Origin: Mycoplasma sp. CAG:877
GTDB lineage: Bacteria; Bacillota_I; Bacilli_A; RF39; UBA660
Assembly (NCBI GenBank): GCA_000433455.1
Contig: HF992497.1
Span: forward strand, 5,809 to 69,808
DNA length: 64,000 nucleotides
Direction: 5' to 3'
This document shows, piece after piece, positions 18,635-32,294 of the stretch. The position numbers and the translations under genes are program-made. Position 1 is the stretch's first letter, and every line of letters starts with the position of its first letter. The notes under the pieces are model-generated. The model had not been told where the DNA came from, did no database searches, and saw only the letters and a program-made list of their open reading frames with translations.

Positions 18635-19186
18635 TTATTTTTCTAATATCTTAACTATTTCTTTAATATGCTTTTTAAATATAATAGTATCAACTATATT
18701 AGATAATGAATAAACAGTTATTAATATTCCTAAAGATGCCGTTAAAGCTACAGTTCCAATATGTGGATTAATTATAATTATCAAACCACAAATAATAGAT
18801 ATTACAGCAAGTATAAGTATTGGTAACCAATTATCATATTTATAATCTTTTAATAATAATGAAAGTCTTAAATCAAAAGTTGACTTTGTAACCATCACTA
18901 TACCAGCAACTATAGGGAATAATGTCTTCATAATATCAGGATTTAATAACATAACTACACCTAATAATAAATCAACTATACCAAGTATTAAGAAACCAGA
19001 AAAGAACAAACTCTCTTCTTTTTCAATCATGAAATAGATTCCATTAACAATCAATATAATAGAAAGAATATAAGTAATAGTTTCAAAAGATATTTCTGGA
19101 AACATAATAAATATTATTCCTATTATAAACATTAATACTGATACAGCAATAGAAGAATATAAAAATTTATTTAGTTTTTTTAGCAT
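18635..19186 (-). CDS. DUF308/HdeD-like membrane protein
   Basis: Six short TM segments with the repeat structure typical of the HdeD/DUF308 family. Confidence 0.45.
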   Translation of the reverse strand: MLKKLNKFLYSSIAVSVLMFIIGIIFIMFPEISFETITYILSIILIVNGIYFMIEKEESLFFSGFLILGIVDLLLGVVMLLNPDIMKTLFPIVAGIVMVTKSTFDLRLSLLLKDYKYDNWLPILILAVISIICGLIIIINPHIGTVALTASLGILITVYSLSNIVDTIIFKKHIKEIVKILEK

Positions 19187-19260
19187 TTTACTCTACCTCC
19201 TAATATAATTATATATTTTCCTAAAAATACAGTAAATATACAAAGTAAATTTTCCAACAT

Positions 19261-19297
19261 AAAATTAAAAATGGTTGTTTTAAATGTAAACAACCAT
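19261..19297 (-). terminator. Rho-independent terminator after glyA
   Basis: Perfect 9-bp inverted repeat ATGGTTGTT ... AACAACCAT with a 9-nt loop, followed on the minus strand by UUUUAAUUUU. Confidence 0.65.
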
Positions 19298-19371
19298 CAA
19301 CTATAAAGTAAAAATAAGTATTTTAAATTATTTTTTAAGAAACAATAACACATTTATTTAAACAAAATAAA

Positions 19372-20601
19372 TTACTTTTTCTTATATATTGGGAATTTCT
19401 TAGTTAATTCAAGAACTTCCTTCTTACATTCTTTTTGAATATCTTTATCATCTACGTTACTTAAACTCTTGTAAATAATTTCTCCAATTAGCTTAAATTC
19501 TTCTTCTTTTAAACCTCTTGTAGTCATAGCTGGACTACCTATTCTAATACCACTAGTAATAAATGGTGACTCTGTATCAAAAGGTATAGTATTTTTATTA
19601 CATGTAATATGTATTTCATCAAGTATTTTTTCAGCTTTTTTACCACTTAAATCAAATGAACTTTTAACATCAACTAAAATTAAATGATTATCAGTACCAT
19701 CTGAAATTACTTTTACACCTTTACTCTTTAAGTAATCAGACATTGCTTTCATATTTTTAATAACTTGTTTTTGATATTCTTTAAATTCTGGTTGTAAAGC
19801 CTCGTAAAAACATTGTGCTTTAGCAGCAATAACATGCATTAAAGGTCCACCTTGAATACCAGGGAAAATAACTTTATTAACTTTCTTAATTATTTCTTCA
19901 TTGTTAGTAAGAATTATACCACCACGTGGTCCTCTTAAAGTCTTATGCGTAGTAGAAGTAACAACATCCGCATATGGAATTGGACTTGGATGTAATCCAG
20001 CAGCAACAAGTCCAGCAATATGAGCCATATCAACCATTAAATAAGCACCACACTTATCAGCAATTTCTCTAAATCTTTTAAAATCAATTACTCTAGAATA
20101 AGCACTACAACCAGCAATAATCATCTTAGGTTTTTCTTTGATTGCTAACTGTTCAACTTCATCATAATCAATCATTCCAGTTTTCTCATTAACATTATAA
20201 GAAACTATTTCATAATCAAGTCCACTAAAATTAATAGGATGTCCATGAGTTAAATGACCACCATGTGATAAATTCATACCCATAACTTTATCACCATGAC
20301 TAACTAAAGCTCTATATACTGCCATATTTGCACTACTACCAGAATGTGGTTGAACATTAGCATATTTACATCCAAATAATTGACATACATACTCTATAGC
20401 TTTATTTTCAAAAATATCAATATATTGACATCCACCATAATATCTCTTACCAGGATATCCTTCAGCATATTTATTAGTAAGAATACTACCTTGCAATTTT
20501 AATATATCTTTAGAAACATAATTCTCAGAAGCAATTAACTCAATATTCTCCTCTTGTCTCTTAGTCTCTTTTCTTAAAGCATCCTTTAATATTTTATCCA
20601 T
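19372..20601 (-). CDS. glyA: Serine hydroxymethyltransferase
   Basis: '[16 protein letters not shown]' and the PLP-lysine region '[12 protein letters not shown]'. Confidence 0.92.
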   Translation of the reverse strand: MDKILKDALRKETKRQEENIELIASENYVSKDILKLQGSILTNKYAEGYPGKRYYGGCQYIDIFENKAIEYVCQLFGCKYANVQPHSGSSANMAVYRALVSHGDKVMGMNLSHGGHLTHGHPINFSGLDYEIVSYNVNEKTGMIDYDEVEQLAIKEKPKMIIAGCSAYSRVIDFKRFREIADKCGAYLMVDMAHIAGLVAAGLHPSPIPYADVVTSTTHKTLRGPRGGIILTNNEEIIKKVNKVIFPGIQGGPLMHVIAAKAQCFYEALQPEFKEYQKQVIKNMKAMSDYLKSKGVKVISDGTDNHLILVDVKSSFDLSGKKAEKILDEIHITCNKNTIPFDTESPFITSGIRIGSPAMTTRGLKEEEFKLIGEIIYKSLSNVDDKDIQKECKKEVLELTKKFPIYKKK

Positions 20602-20671
20602 TCACATCACCTCATATTTTATTATACTATCAATAACTATTTATTCAAAGATTTACTTTATCATTTTAAAT

Positions 20672-22441
20672 TTATTTTTGAACTAATTCTGTCTCACACA
20701 AAGAATTATAATATTTATTTTCTTTTAATAATTCCTTATGTGTTCCAATAGCAGATATCTTACCATCTTCTAAAATAAATATCTTATCACAATTAATTAT
20801 GGTTGATAATCTATGAGCTATTATTATAAGAGTATAATTACCTTTCAAATTATCAATAGCAGTTTGAATTTTTAACTGTGTAACATTATCCAAAGCAGAA
20901 GTAGCTTCATCAAAAAGTATTATTTTAGTATTTTGAACTAAAGCCCTAGCAATAGCCAATCTCTGCCGTTGGCCACCACTCAAATTAATTCCACCTTCAC
21001 CAACGATTGTATCGTATTTCTTTGGCAAACTTTCTATATAATCATCTAAACATGCAGTCTTACATGCTTCAACTATTTCTTCATCAGTAATATCAGACTT
21101 AACTAGTTTTAAATTATCTTTAATAGACATATTAAAAATATATGGATTTTGACTAATTATTGTTATATTTCCACGAATAGCCTCTTCATCTAATTCTTCT
21201 ATATTTACATTGTCAATTCTTATTTCTCCACTATTTACATCATATAATTTACACAACAAATTAAAGATTGTAGTTTTACCTGAACCACTTTTACCAACAA
21301 TTCCTACTGTACTACCACTACTAATTTTAAAACTTAAATTCTTTAATACCATATTCTCATTATAACCAAATGATACATTTCTAAATTCAAAGTTTCCCTC
21401 AATACCATTTAATGATTTATCACCAAACTTTTCTTTTTTAAATACCTTATTATTAACAATAGCAAAAACACGTTCTGATGAAATATTAAAGTTTTTACAC
21501 TCATCTAATAGCTCTGAAACAATATCCATAAAATTAGTTAACACTGTAGTTCTATAATTATAAAGTACAATAGCAACAGCAACAGTTAATACATTATTAT
21601 TTACAAGTAAAATAAGTAATAAAATTGCCACAAACTCTAAAAATATCTTTATATATCCAATTACCAAATTATAATTCATATCGATATTTCTCATTTCAAA
21701 ATGTTTATCATTTTGTATTGCTATCTTCTCATCTAAGTTTTTCATAAAACTTTCTTTAGCATAAAGCATCTTTATATCTCTTGCTCCTCTTACCAACTCA
21801 CCAGTAAGACCAGCAACTACATCACTTTCTTTTCTATATTCTCTATCCTTCTCACCAACTTTTTCATTTTTTACATAATTAAGTACTGATAATAGTAAAG
21901 AAACTACTGAATAATACACAAACATATGCCAATCTATTACCAATATAGCAATAAATGAACCTATTATAGATAGGAATCTAATTATTATTACCATACCATT
22001 AGTAAATATTCTAGACATCTTTTCAGTATCATTAGTTAATCTCTGAATAAATGTGCCACTAGAATTAGAATCCAAAGTAGTTTGATCCAATTTTAAAATT
22101 TCTCTTCCTAAAGACATTTGAATATTTCTAACAATTCCTCTTCTAACTATTTGATTATTCTTTCTTATTAATAGTATTTTAACAGTCTCTATAGCACATA
22201 TCACAAGTATTATTAAAGCCATATAAATAGCCTGTTCAAACTTCGAATCTGTAAAATTAATAATAAATTTAGCTGAAAATAAAGGAATACAAATATTAGT
22301 AAATATTCCAAATAAACTAAAAATAAAATTTTTAATTAAAGCTCCTTTATACTCTCTACCATATTTTTTATATACTCTTCTTAAATTCTTAAACATGTCT
22401 TTCACACTACCACCAATTATATTATAACATAACCTACTCAC
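20672..22441 (-). CDS. ABC exporter with fused transmembrane and ATP-binding domains
   Basis: Six TM helices N-terminal. Walker A 'GKSGSGKTT', signature 'LSGGQRQRLAIARA', Walker B 'ILFDEATSALD'. No C39 peptidase domain. The start may instead be the internal Met at 22396. Confidence 0.8.
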   Translation of the reverse strand: MSRLCYNIIGGSVKDMFKNLRRVYKKYGREYKGALIKNFIFSLFGIFTNICIPLFSAKFIINFTDSKFEQAIYMALIILVICAIETVKILLIRKNNQIVRRGIVRNIQMSLGREILKLDQTTLDSNSSGTFIQRLTNDTEKMSRIFTNGMVIIIRFLSIIGSFIAILVIDWHMFVYYSVVSLLLSVLNYVKNEKVGEKDREYRKESDVVAGLTGELVRGARDIKMLYAKESFMKNLDEKIAIQNDKHFEMRNIDMNYNLVIGYIKIFLEFVAILLLILLVNNNVLTVAVAIVLYNYRTTVLTNFMDIVSELLDECKNFNISSERVFAIVNNKVFKKEKFGDKSLNGIEGNFEFRNVSFGYNENMVLKNLSFKISSGSTVGIVGKSGSGKTTIFNLLCKLYDVNSGEIRIDNVNIEELDEEAIRGNITIISQNPYIFNMSIKDNLKLVKSDITDEEIVEACKTACLDDYIESLPKKYDTIVGEGGINLSGGQRQRLAIARALVQNTKIILFDEATSALDNVTQLKIQTAIDNLKGNYTLIIIAHRLSTIINCDKIFILEDGKISAIGTHKELLKENKYYNSLCETELVQK

Positions 22442-22449
22442 TCATTTAT

Positions 22450-22476
22450 AAAAAAAATCTGCACCAAAGTACAGAT
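22450..22476 (-). terminator. Rho-independent terminator after the 22490..22987 gene
   Basis: 8-bp stem (one G-U pair) ATCTGCAC / GTACAGAT on the transcript, then a run of 8 U. Confidence 0.55.
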
Positions 22477-22489
22477 CATATAAAGTAAA

Positions 22490-22987
22490 CTATTCAAAAA
22501 CTTTAACATATTGTTTAGGACTATTATCTTTATTTCTAGCACCTTGTTTAACACCAGCATAAACTAATCCATCACTCATATTCATAACACTATTCTTAAA
22601 GTTTTGAACTCTAAATAATAAGCGATTCTTTTCAGTATCAACTCTATCTATATTTTCTAGATTAGATACTAAAACATGTGAAACACCACAATGAACAAAT
22701 TCACTTCCATCGATCATTTCTAATTTTCCATCATAACCCTCAACATCATTTGTTCCATAAAACATAACTGGATAATTAACATAATCAGAAGAGATATAAA
22801 ATAATCTTACAGACTCTCCCGGACAATATGTACCAAATATAAACTTATCAGCACCATCAGAAAAAGTAACAATTCCTTCAAGCCAACCATCATCTTCAAC
22901 TAAAAATTTTCCTTCATACATATCGTCATCACTAAAATCAAATAAACATTCTGAATTCCAATAACCTTTAATACTATTTAATGTCAT
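22490..22987 (-). CDS. Hypothetical cytoplasmic protein, Asp/Gly-rich, two Cys
   Basis: Clean ORF with an SD. No motif recognised. Confidence 0.35.
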   Translation of the reverse strand: MTLNSIKGYWNSECLFDFSDDDMYEGKFLVEDDGWLEGIVTFSDGADKFIFGTYCPGESVRLFYISSDYVNYPVMFYGTNDVEGYDGKLEMIDGSEFVHCGVSHVLVSNLENIDRVDTEKNRLLFRVQNFKNSVMNMSDGLVYAGVKQGARNKDNSPKQYVKVFE

Positions 22988-23067
22988 AATAACAAATCCC
23001 CCTATCGTCAGAAAAAGCTAACTCACGTTAGCATATAATTAAATCCAAAAATAGAATTTTATCAAAT

Positions 23068-23444
23068 TGGTGGAGCTGAGGAGAATCGAACTCCTGTCCG
23101 AAAGCAAAGCTACACAAACCTCTACAAGCTTAGTCAACTAATTATTCTCATATATCGTCCAAGTAATTGACGACCAAGACAACATACCAGTCTAAATATT
23201 CTTTCTATCCTCTAGACAAAAGATAGACATAACCTACTAAAATGAACCTTCAAGTAATCCCATAGGTAAAGATTAAAGAAAGCGCAGACCTATATTATTA
23301 GGCAAAAGCAACAGCTTGGCGAGTACCAAACATGTTAGCAACTGCATTTTTTAAATTTTTTGCATTTATTTTTTTGTGCCCGTAACGTGGACATTCGACT
23401 TGCCATCTGTGCTCAAATACTCCCGTCGAAACCAAATCAGCCCC
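23068..23444 (-). ncRNA. ssrA: tmRNA (ssrA)
   Basis: Reverse complement begins GGGGCTGATTTGGTTTCGACGGG and ends GGAGTTCGATTCTCCTCAGCTCCACCA. Internal reading frame GCA AAA AAT TTA AAA AAT GCA GTT GCT AAC ATG TTT GGT ACT CGC CAA GCT GTT GCT TTT GCC TAA TAA. Confidence 0.85.
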
Positions 23445-23565
23445 ATGTGAGAAAATTATAACACAAAAACCCCGAAAATACCATAAAAATTACAAATTGG
23501 AAATATTTTCAAGCAACTAAAATTACAAATTATGTAAAACTACAACAAAAAGTAAAACAAAAGCA

Positions 23566-24003
23566 CTAATACTTTTTCAAGTTCTTTAGTGCTTCTCTTT
23601 TTATATCTCTTTCCTTTATAGATTCTCTCTTATCATAATCTTTCTTACCACGACATACTCCAAGTAATACCTTTAACTTATTTTCCTTAAAATATAACTT
23701 AATAGGTACAAGAGTCAAACCCTTTAACTCTATTGCTTGCTGCAACTTCTTTATTTCCTTTTTATGAAGCAACAACTTTCTACTTCTAGTCTCCTCATGA
23801 TTAAAAATATTACCTTCCTTATATTGCCCAACATACATATTAAGAAGATAAACCTCATTATTCTTAATTATTCCGTAACAATCCTTGATATTACAATTAC
23901 CTGCACGAATAGATTTAATCTCCGTACCAGTAAGTACAATACCTGCTTCATATGAATCTTCTATAAAATAATCATGATTTACTTTTCTATTTAAAATTTC
24001 CAT
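23566..24003 (-). CDS. smpB: SsrA-binding protein
   Basis: 'NRKVNHDYFIEDSYEAGIVLTGTEIKSIRAG' and the C-terminal basic tail. Start corrected to MEILNRK to remove the overlap with capA. Confidence 0.85.
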   Translation of the reverse strand: MEILNRKVNHDYFIEDSYEAGIVLTGTEIKSIRAGNCNIKDCYGIIKNNEVYLLNMYVGQYKEGNIFNHEETRSRKLLLHKKEIKKLQQAIELKGLTLVPIKLYFKENKLKVLLGVCRGKKDYDKRESIKERDIKREALKNLKKY

Positions 24004-24007
24004 CTTA

Positions 24008-25195
24008 TCACTCTCCCGATAAACCCCAAACAAGCTCTGGATACCTAGAACTAACAATACCTTTATAGTATTCATAATAACTCATATAGTTAGGCAATAA
24101 AGTATTATCCAACTTAGCATAAGGATAAACTCTAAAATTCGTATAATTATCTGTATGAGTATAAGCAAGTTCCGCTTTAGGGTTTTCTATACTAATTGTA
24201 ACAGTATCATCGACATTAACTGTCTTTTTAATAGTAACCTCCATCATTAATCCTGTAAGTCTATCCATTCCAACTTGTGCTGAAATAAAATTACCTAGTG
24301 AATATATAACAAAAGTCCGCCCATCATTAATGTACTCAACTGGTTCCACAACATGTGGATGAGACCCTATTATTAAATCGACTCCTAAAGATGACAAATA
24401 ATTAGCAATATACTCTTGCGATGATGAAACACCTAACGAATACTCTGTCCCCCAGTGCATAGCCACAATAACAACATCAACTAAATCTCTTACTTTTGCG
24501 ATATCATTAGCGGCCTTCTCATCCGAATAAACATTATTCAAATACTCTTTTCCAGAAGGAGTTTCTAATCCATTAGTCCAAGTTGTATATGAGAAAAAGG
24601 CATAAGAAATACCATTAACCTTATAAACATGTACTTCATTTCTCTCATCCCACGAAGACCATTGACCAGAGTATACCACATTTTTCTTACTTTTCCAATA
24701 ATTAACAGAATTTAAAACACCAACTTCTCCTTTATCCATCGTATGATTAGTCGCCAAAGAAACTAAATTAAATCCTGCATCTAAAAATGCATCACCTACT
24801 TCATCAGGAGAATTAAACTGTGGATAAGTAGAATAACCAAGTTCCTTACCACCTAAAATAGTTTCCTGATTATAATACTTTAAATCATATTTAGAAACTA
24901 TTGGCTTAATATACTGTAACATCGGTTTAAAGTCATATGTACCATCACTTTTTTCTGCATCCATATAAACACCAGAATGAATTAAAGCATCGCCTACCAT
25001 AATCATCTTAGCTTCATATTCCTTAGGCATCTTCTCTTCTTCCTTAATATTAACCTTGGGTACATCATTATTAGGCTTTTCTTCAAAATCATTCCACTTA
25101 ATAAATAAAATTAAACATTCTATCAAAATCAAAAAAAGAAGTCCAAAAATTAAACTACTTCTTTTCACTTTAATTTTCTTTCTTCTTTTCTTCAC
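24008..25195 (-). CDS. CapA-family (poly-gamma-glutamate/metallophosphatase-type) protein
   Basis: N-terminal TM segment. Metallophosphatase-like motifs 'MIMVGDALIHS', 'VVIVAMHWGTEY', 'LIIGSHPHVVEP'. Confidence 0.7.
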   Translation of the reverse strand: MKKRRKKIKVKRSSLIFGLLFLILIECLILFIKWNDFEEKPNNDVPKVNIKEEEKMPKEYEAKMIMVGDALIHSGVYMDAEKSDGTYDFKPMLQYIKPIVSKYDLKYYNQETILGGKELGYSTYPQFNSPDEVGDAFLDAGFNLVSLATNHTMDKGEVGVLNSVNYWKSKKNVVYSGQWSSWDERNEVHVYKVNGISYAFFSYTTWTNGLETPSGKEYLNNVYSDEKAANDIAKVRDLVDVVIVAMHWGTEYSLGVSSSQEYIANYLSSLGVDLIIGSHPHVVEPVEYINDGRTFVIYSLGNFISAQVGMDRLTGLMMEVTIKKTVNVDDTVTISIENPKAELAYTHTDNYTNFRVYPYAKLDNTLLPNYMSYYEYYKGIVSSRYPELVWGLSGE

Positions 25196-25198
25196 AAC

Positions 25199-27358
25199 CT
25201 ACACCTTCTTTACTATCTCAAAATCAATAGTCTTATCTTCTTTAGAAGCCCTAACAACCTTAACTCTAACTCTCTCACCAATTGTATATTTAACATGGCT
25301 CTTTTCCCCTGTTAAAGTCATTCTCTCTTCATCATATACAAAGAAATCAGGCATATCACGCAATGGAACCAATCCCTCTACTAAATTATCAAGTTCAACA
25401 AACATACCAAAACTTGTAACCGAAGAAATCATACCATCAAATTCTTCTCCAATATGACTTTCCATATATTCAGCCATCTTCATATCTTCAACTTCTCTTT
25501 CACAATCAACTGATGCTCTTTCTCTATCTGAAGAATGATCAGCAACATATACAAGTTTTTCTTCCCATTTACGAATAGTAGCATTATCTATCTTATTCTC
25601 AAATAAATAAGTTCTAAGTAAACGATGTACCGTTGTATCAGGATAACGTCTAATAGGTGAAGTAAAATGTGTATAACATGTACTAGCTAGACCATAATGC
25701 CCTAAATTAACTGGCTTATACACAGCCTTTTGCATACATCTTAATAACAAACTAGATAAAATCTTATACTCAGGCTTATCCTCAAGTGCCTTAAGAATCC
25801 TTTGCATTGTAGTAGGTTTAGTATCTTTAATATCTCCAGGAATACTATATCCTAAATTACTAACAAACCCTAAGAAACTACGAATCTTCTCTTCTTTTGG
25901 CACTTCATGAACACGATAAATAAATGGTAAATTCATGAAATATATATGAGTTGCTACACATTCATTAGCAGCAATCATAAAGTCTTCAATCAAGTTTTCT
26001 CCAACGCCACGCTCTCTAACTGTAATCTCCGTAGGCTTACAATTTTCATCAACTAAAATCTTAGCCTCATCTATATCGAAGTTGATATATCCACGTTTAA
26101 CCTTAGCCTTTCTAAGTATTGTAGCAAGTTCTGACATTTCTCTTAAAGTATCAGCATAAGGTTCATACCCTTCAGGTACAACATTCTTCTCTAAAATACT
26201 ATTAACTTTCTTATAAGTCATTTGAATTCTAGACTTAATTACACTAGGGAAAATCTCATAATCTAACTGTTTACCAGTACTATCAAATTCCATTACACAA
26301 GAAATAGCCAAACGATCAACATTAGGATTCAAAGAACAAATACCATTAGATAACTCATGAGGTAACATTGGAATAACTCTATCTACTAAATAAACACTAG
26401 TACCTCTCTCCATTGCTTCATTATCTAAAGGACTACCCTCTTTTACATAATAACTAACATCAGCAATATGTACTCCTAATTTATAATGTCCATTAGCAAA
26501 CTTCTCAATCGAAATAGCATCATCTATATCCTTAGTATCATCTCCATCAATAGTAAATATCATTTGATCTCTCAAATCTCTTCTACCATGATACTCCTCA
26601 GGTAATACTTCCATATTTATATTAGCAACTTCTTCTTTTACATCATCTGGAAAAACAGTATTAATATTATACTTATAAATAATTGATAAAATATCAACAC
26701 CTGGATCATTTTTATGACCAATAATTTCCACTACTTTTCCTTCGTATTTTAAGTTGTTATTTAACTTCTTAACAAGTTCAACTACAACTTTATGTCCATC
26801 TACCGCATTTAAAGTCTTATCTTTAGGAATCTCAATATTAAGTTTAATCTTATTATCATCTAACTTAATATGCCCTTTTCCTTTAGCATCAAAAGTAATT
26901 TCTCCAATATATCTTTGTACTTGTCTTTTAATAACTTTTAAAATACGACCCTCTAGTCTATCTAAATTCATTTTACTAGTAATCTCAACTAATACTATAT
27001 CATCATGAATAGCACCATTCATATTATCTTGAGCAACATAAATATCATCATCCAAGTTATCAACTTCAACAAAGCCAAAACCCTTCTTATTAGTTCTCAT
27101 TACACCTTTTCTTAAATGACTCTTTTCAAGCATCATATACTTATCTTTATTAGAATGATATACAACTACTTCATCTGTTAATTTTCTTAACTCATCACTA
27201 AGTTCTTTAGCCCCTTCAACAGTATTAATATGTAACATATCATGTAACTCATAAATATCAAGTGCTCTATCACTATTTTTTAATATATTTATAATATCGT
27301 CACGCATTAGCTTCACCCTCTTATTTATCATACCATTATTATACTTCAAAACAATCAA
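25199..27358 (-). CDS. rnr: Ribonuclease R
   Basis: Cold-shock/OB N-terminal region, RNB catalytic domain ('DDAISIE', 'ICSLNP'), and a C-terminal S1 domain plus basic tail. Confidence 0.9.
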   Translation of the reverse strand: MIVLKYNNGMINKRVKLMRDDIINILKNSDRALDIYELHDMLHINTVEGAKELSDELRKLTDEVVVYHSNKDKYMMLEKSHLRKGVMRTNKKGFGFVEVDNLDDDIYVAQDNMNGAIHDDIVLVEITSKMNLDRLEGRILKVIKRQVQRYIGEITFDAKGKGHIKLDDNKIKLNIEIPKDKTLNAVDGHKVVVELVKKLNNNLKYEGKVVEIIGHKNDPGVDILSIIYKYNINTVFPDDVKEEVANINMEVLPEEYHGRRDLRDQMIFTIDGDDTKDIDDAISIEKFANGHYKLGVHIADVSYYVKEGSPLDNEAMERGTSVYLVDRVIPMLPHELSNGICSLNPNVDRLAISCVMEFDSTGKQLDYEIFPSVIKSRIQMTYKKVNSILEKNVVPEGYEPYADTLREMSELATILRKAKVKRGYINFDIDEAKILVDENCKPTEITVRERGVGENLIEDFMIAANECVATHIYFMNLPFIYRVHEVPKEEKIRSFLGFVSNLGYSIPGDIKDTKPTTMQRILKALEDKPEYKILSSLLLRCMQKAVYKPVNLGHYGLASTCYTHFTSPIRRYPDTTVHRLLRTYLFENKIDNATIRKWEEKLVYVADHSSDRERASVDCEREVEDMKMAEYMESHIGEEFDGMISSVTSFGMFVELDNLVEGLVPLRDMPDFFVYDEERMTLTGEKSHVKYTIGERVRVKVVRASKEDKTIDFEIVKKV

Positions 27359-27399
27359 AAAAAAAAGACATATAGTTATCTATATGTCAAATAAATTTT

Positions 27400-27636
27400 C
27401 TAAATAAACATAGAAACTAAACATATAATAAAGAAACTTAGTCCTAAAATTAATGTAATACGACTAATAACTAGTTCTGAACCACGTTCTTTTCTTTTTG
27501 AGAACAAATCAGAATTACCTCCAGATAAAATCTGTGCAGCACTCTCTGCTTTACCTGATTGAAGAAGAACTATAATAATTAACAAAATGGAAAGAATTAA
27601 AAGTAGTTTTTCCATAAAGCACCTCCGTTTTAACAA
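27400..27636 (-). CDS. secG: Preprotein translocase subunit SecG
   Basis: 78 aa with two TM segments and 'LLQSGKAE...GGNS'. Confidence 0.7.
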   Translation of the reverse strand: MLKRRCFMEKLLLILSILLIIIVLLQSGKAESAAQILSGGNSDLFSKRKERGSELVISRITLILGLSFFIICLVSMFI

Positions 27637-27681
27637 TACTTATAATATCATAAATATTTCATTGTTGCAACCAAACTACCT

Positions 27682-29358
27682 TTATTTGTCAATAAATTCG
27701 CTTAAAACTTCTTCAAAAGACATATCTTTACTTTCACTATCTCTACGTTTTTTAAACTCAACGATACCATCAACTGCTCCTTTACCCACAACAATTCTAT
27801 ATGGTATACCTATTAAATCCGCATCTTTAAACTTAACTCCAGCTCTTAAATCTCTATCATCTAGCATAACCTCAACTCCAGCTTTAGTTAATTCATCATA
27901 TAATTTATTTGCAACTTCTACTTGCATCTCATCCTTCATATTAACAATAACTATATCTACTTTATATGGAGCAATCTCTTCTGGGAAAATAATACCATGC
28001 TCATCATTGTTTTGTTCAACTACGGCCGCCATAATACGTCCAACACCTATACCATAACTACCCATAGTAACAACTTGTTCAGTATTATTTTCATCCAAAT
28101 AAGTTAAACCTAACTTTTCAGCATATTTAGTACCAAGTTTAAATAAATTACCAACTTCAATACCCTTTTTTAAGTATAATTTGCCACCACAACAAGGGCA
28201 AATATCTCCTTCTAAAACATTACTAATATCAGCAACCATATCATATTTAATATCTCTAACATTAGCGTTTATATAATGGTATCCTTCCTTATTAGCACCA
28301 CAACAGAAGTTCTTCATACCTAAAACTTCCTTATCAATAACAACCTTACAATTTAGATTAACTGGACCAGTAAATCCAGGAACAGCATTACTAGTACTAA
28401 TTAATTCATCATCAGCAAAATTAATCTCTTTTACACCAAATAACTTACAAGCCTTACTATCATTAAATTCTCTATCTCCTCTAACAAAGAATGCAACTAA
28501 TTCCTCATTAACATTCATAAGTAAAGCCTTAACAGACTTTTTAACATCAAGTTTTAAATAAGTACAAACTTCTTCTACTGTCTTTTGATGAGGAGTTTCA
28601 ACCATTTCTAATTCTTTTAACTCTTCCTCTTCCTCAATACATTTATGCTCGGCCACTTCCATATTAACTGCATAGTCACAACTATCACATAAAACTAAAG
28701 CATCTTCTCCAATATCAGTAACTGCTTGATATTCCTCTGATAAAGTACCGCCCATTGCTCCTGTATCAGCCTTAACTATTCTATAGTCAACACCAATTCT
28801 ATCATAAATATTATTATAAGCTTGTTTCATGATATTATAACTTACATCTAATCCTTCCTCATCCTTATCAAATGAATAAGCATCTTTCATGATAAACTCT
28901 CTAACTCTAATAAGTCCATATCTAGGTCTAGCCTCATCTCTAAACTTATCAGCCTGTTGATAAATAGTAAAATGTAAATCCTTATAACTTTGTACCATAC
29001 TCTTAGCCGCAATAGTAAATAACTCTTCATGTGTTGGACCAAGTACATAAGGCTTCTCATAACGATCGTTTAAATTAAACATATCTTTACCAAAAGCCTC
29101 AGTTCTACCACATGTATCATATACTTCTCTTGGTATTATAGAAGGCATTAATAACTCTTGAGCTCCTGCTTTATCCATTTCATCTTTTACTATATAACGA
29201 ATCTTATCAAGAACCCTAAGTCCTAAAGGTAAAAACATATAAATACCAGAACCAACCTTCTTAATCATCCCACTACGTACTAATAAATTACCAGATCTAC
29301 TATCTTCATCCTTTACATCTTCACGTAATGTGAAAAAATAACTTTTACTTAACTTCAT
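27682..29358 (-). CDS. proS: Proline--tRNA ligase (bacterial type)
   Basis: Class II aaRS motifs. Start corrected to the internal MKLSKSYFFTLRED, which has an AGGAGG SD. The ORF-track N-terminal extension is rejected. Confidence 0.9.
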   Translation of the reverse strand: MKLSKSYFFTLREDVKDEDSRSGNLLVRSGMIKKVGSGIYMFLPLGLRVLDKIRYIVKDEMDKAGAQELLMPSIIPREVYDTCGRTEAFGKDMFNLNDRYEKPYVLGPTHEELFTIAAKSMVQSYKDLHFTIYQQADKFRDEARPRYGLIRVREFIMKDAYSFDKDEEGLDVSYNIMKQAYNNIYDRIGVDYRIVKADTGAMGGTLSEEYQAVTDIGEDALVLCDSCDYAVNMEVAEHKCIEEEEELKELEMVETPHQKTVEEVCTYLKLDVKKSVKALLMNVNEELVAFFVRGDREFNDSKACKLFGVKEINFADDELISTSNAVPGFTGPVNLNCKVVIDKEVLGMKNFCCGANKEGYHYINANVRDIKYDMVADISNVLEGDICPCCGGKLYLKKGIEVGNLFKLGTKYAEKLGLTYLDENNTEQVVTMGSYGIGVGRIMAAVVEQNNDEHGIIFPEEIAPYKVDIVIVNMKDEMQVEVANKLYDELTKAGVEVMLDDRDLRAGVKFKDADLIGIPYRIVVGKGAVDGIVEFKKRRDSESKDMSFEEVLSEFIDK

Positions 29359-29384
29359 AAAAACTCCTCCTAAAAATAAAAAGA

Positions 29385-29615
29385 ATGATACCAAAGGAGT
29401 GCAAATGCACGGTACCATCCTTAATTTAACTCTAAACTTTTTAACGATGCTTCTCCACCGGAAGTAAAACTTCTTCAAGAAAGGTAGGAATTATACTAGA
29501 TTGCAATTAAGTTCACACTATCCTTAACTCACTATATACAAGAGCAAGTATAATTATGGTCTTTCCAATGAATTTAAAACTGATAATATTCTATTATTAA
29601 TTAATGTTTTTGTCA
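29385..29615 (-). promoter_or_regulatory. T-box riboswitch leader upstream of proS
   Basis: Transcript contains AAATTAAGGATGGTACCGTGC, close to the T-box consensus AAnnAGGGTGGnACCGCG. An overlapping terminator hairpin GGAGTGCA-UUU-GCACUCC with a U-tract follows. The 5' boundary is approximate. Confidence 0.6.
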
Positions 29616-29622
29616 ATAAGAA

Positions 29623-32197
<2,575 letters not shown>

Positions 32198-32294
32198 TAT
32201 AATTATACTACTAAAATGACATTTTAACTACCATAAATATTGAATGAAAATAAAAATATATGCTATAATATAAACAAGATGGAGAGGAAGAAGT

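Noticed and set aside
22441-23566. Checked for a genomic island, integrase or prophage attachment at the tmRNA 3' end.
   Set aside because: No integrase, transposase or direct repeat of the ssrA 3' end is seen. The flanking genes (hypothetical, ABC exporter, glyA) look chromosomal.
27682-29478. ORF-track N-terminal extensions on proS (to 29478), tuf (34855), rplJ (47934), rplK (49305), smpB (24075), mrnC (52849), the methyltransferase (46972) and the RDD protein (60712).
   Set aside because: The extensions are hydrophobic or low-complexity and lack an SD. They overlap neighbouring genes or leader RNAs. Internal Met/Val starts have proper SD spacing and give canonical N-termini.
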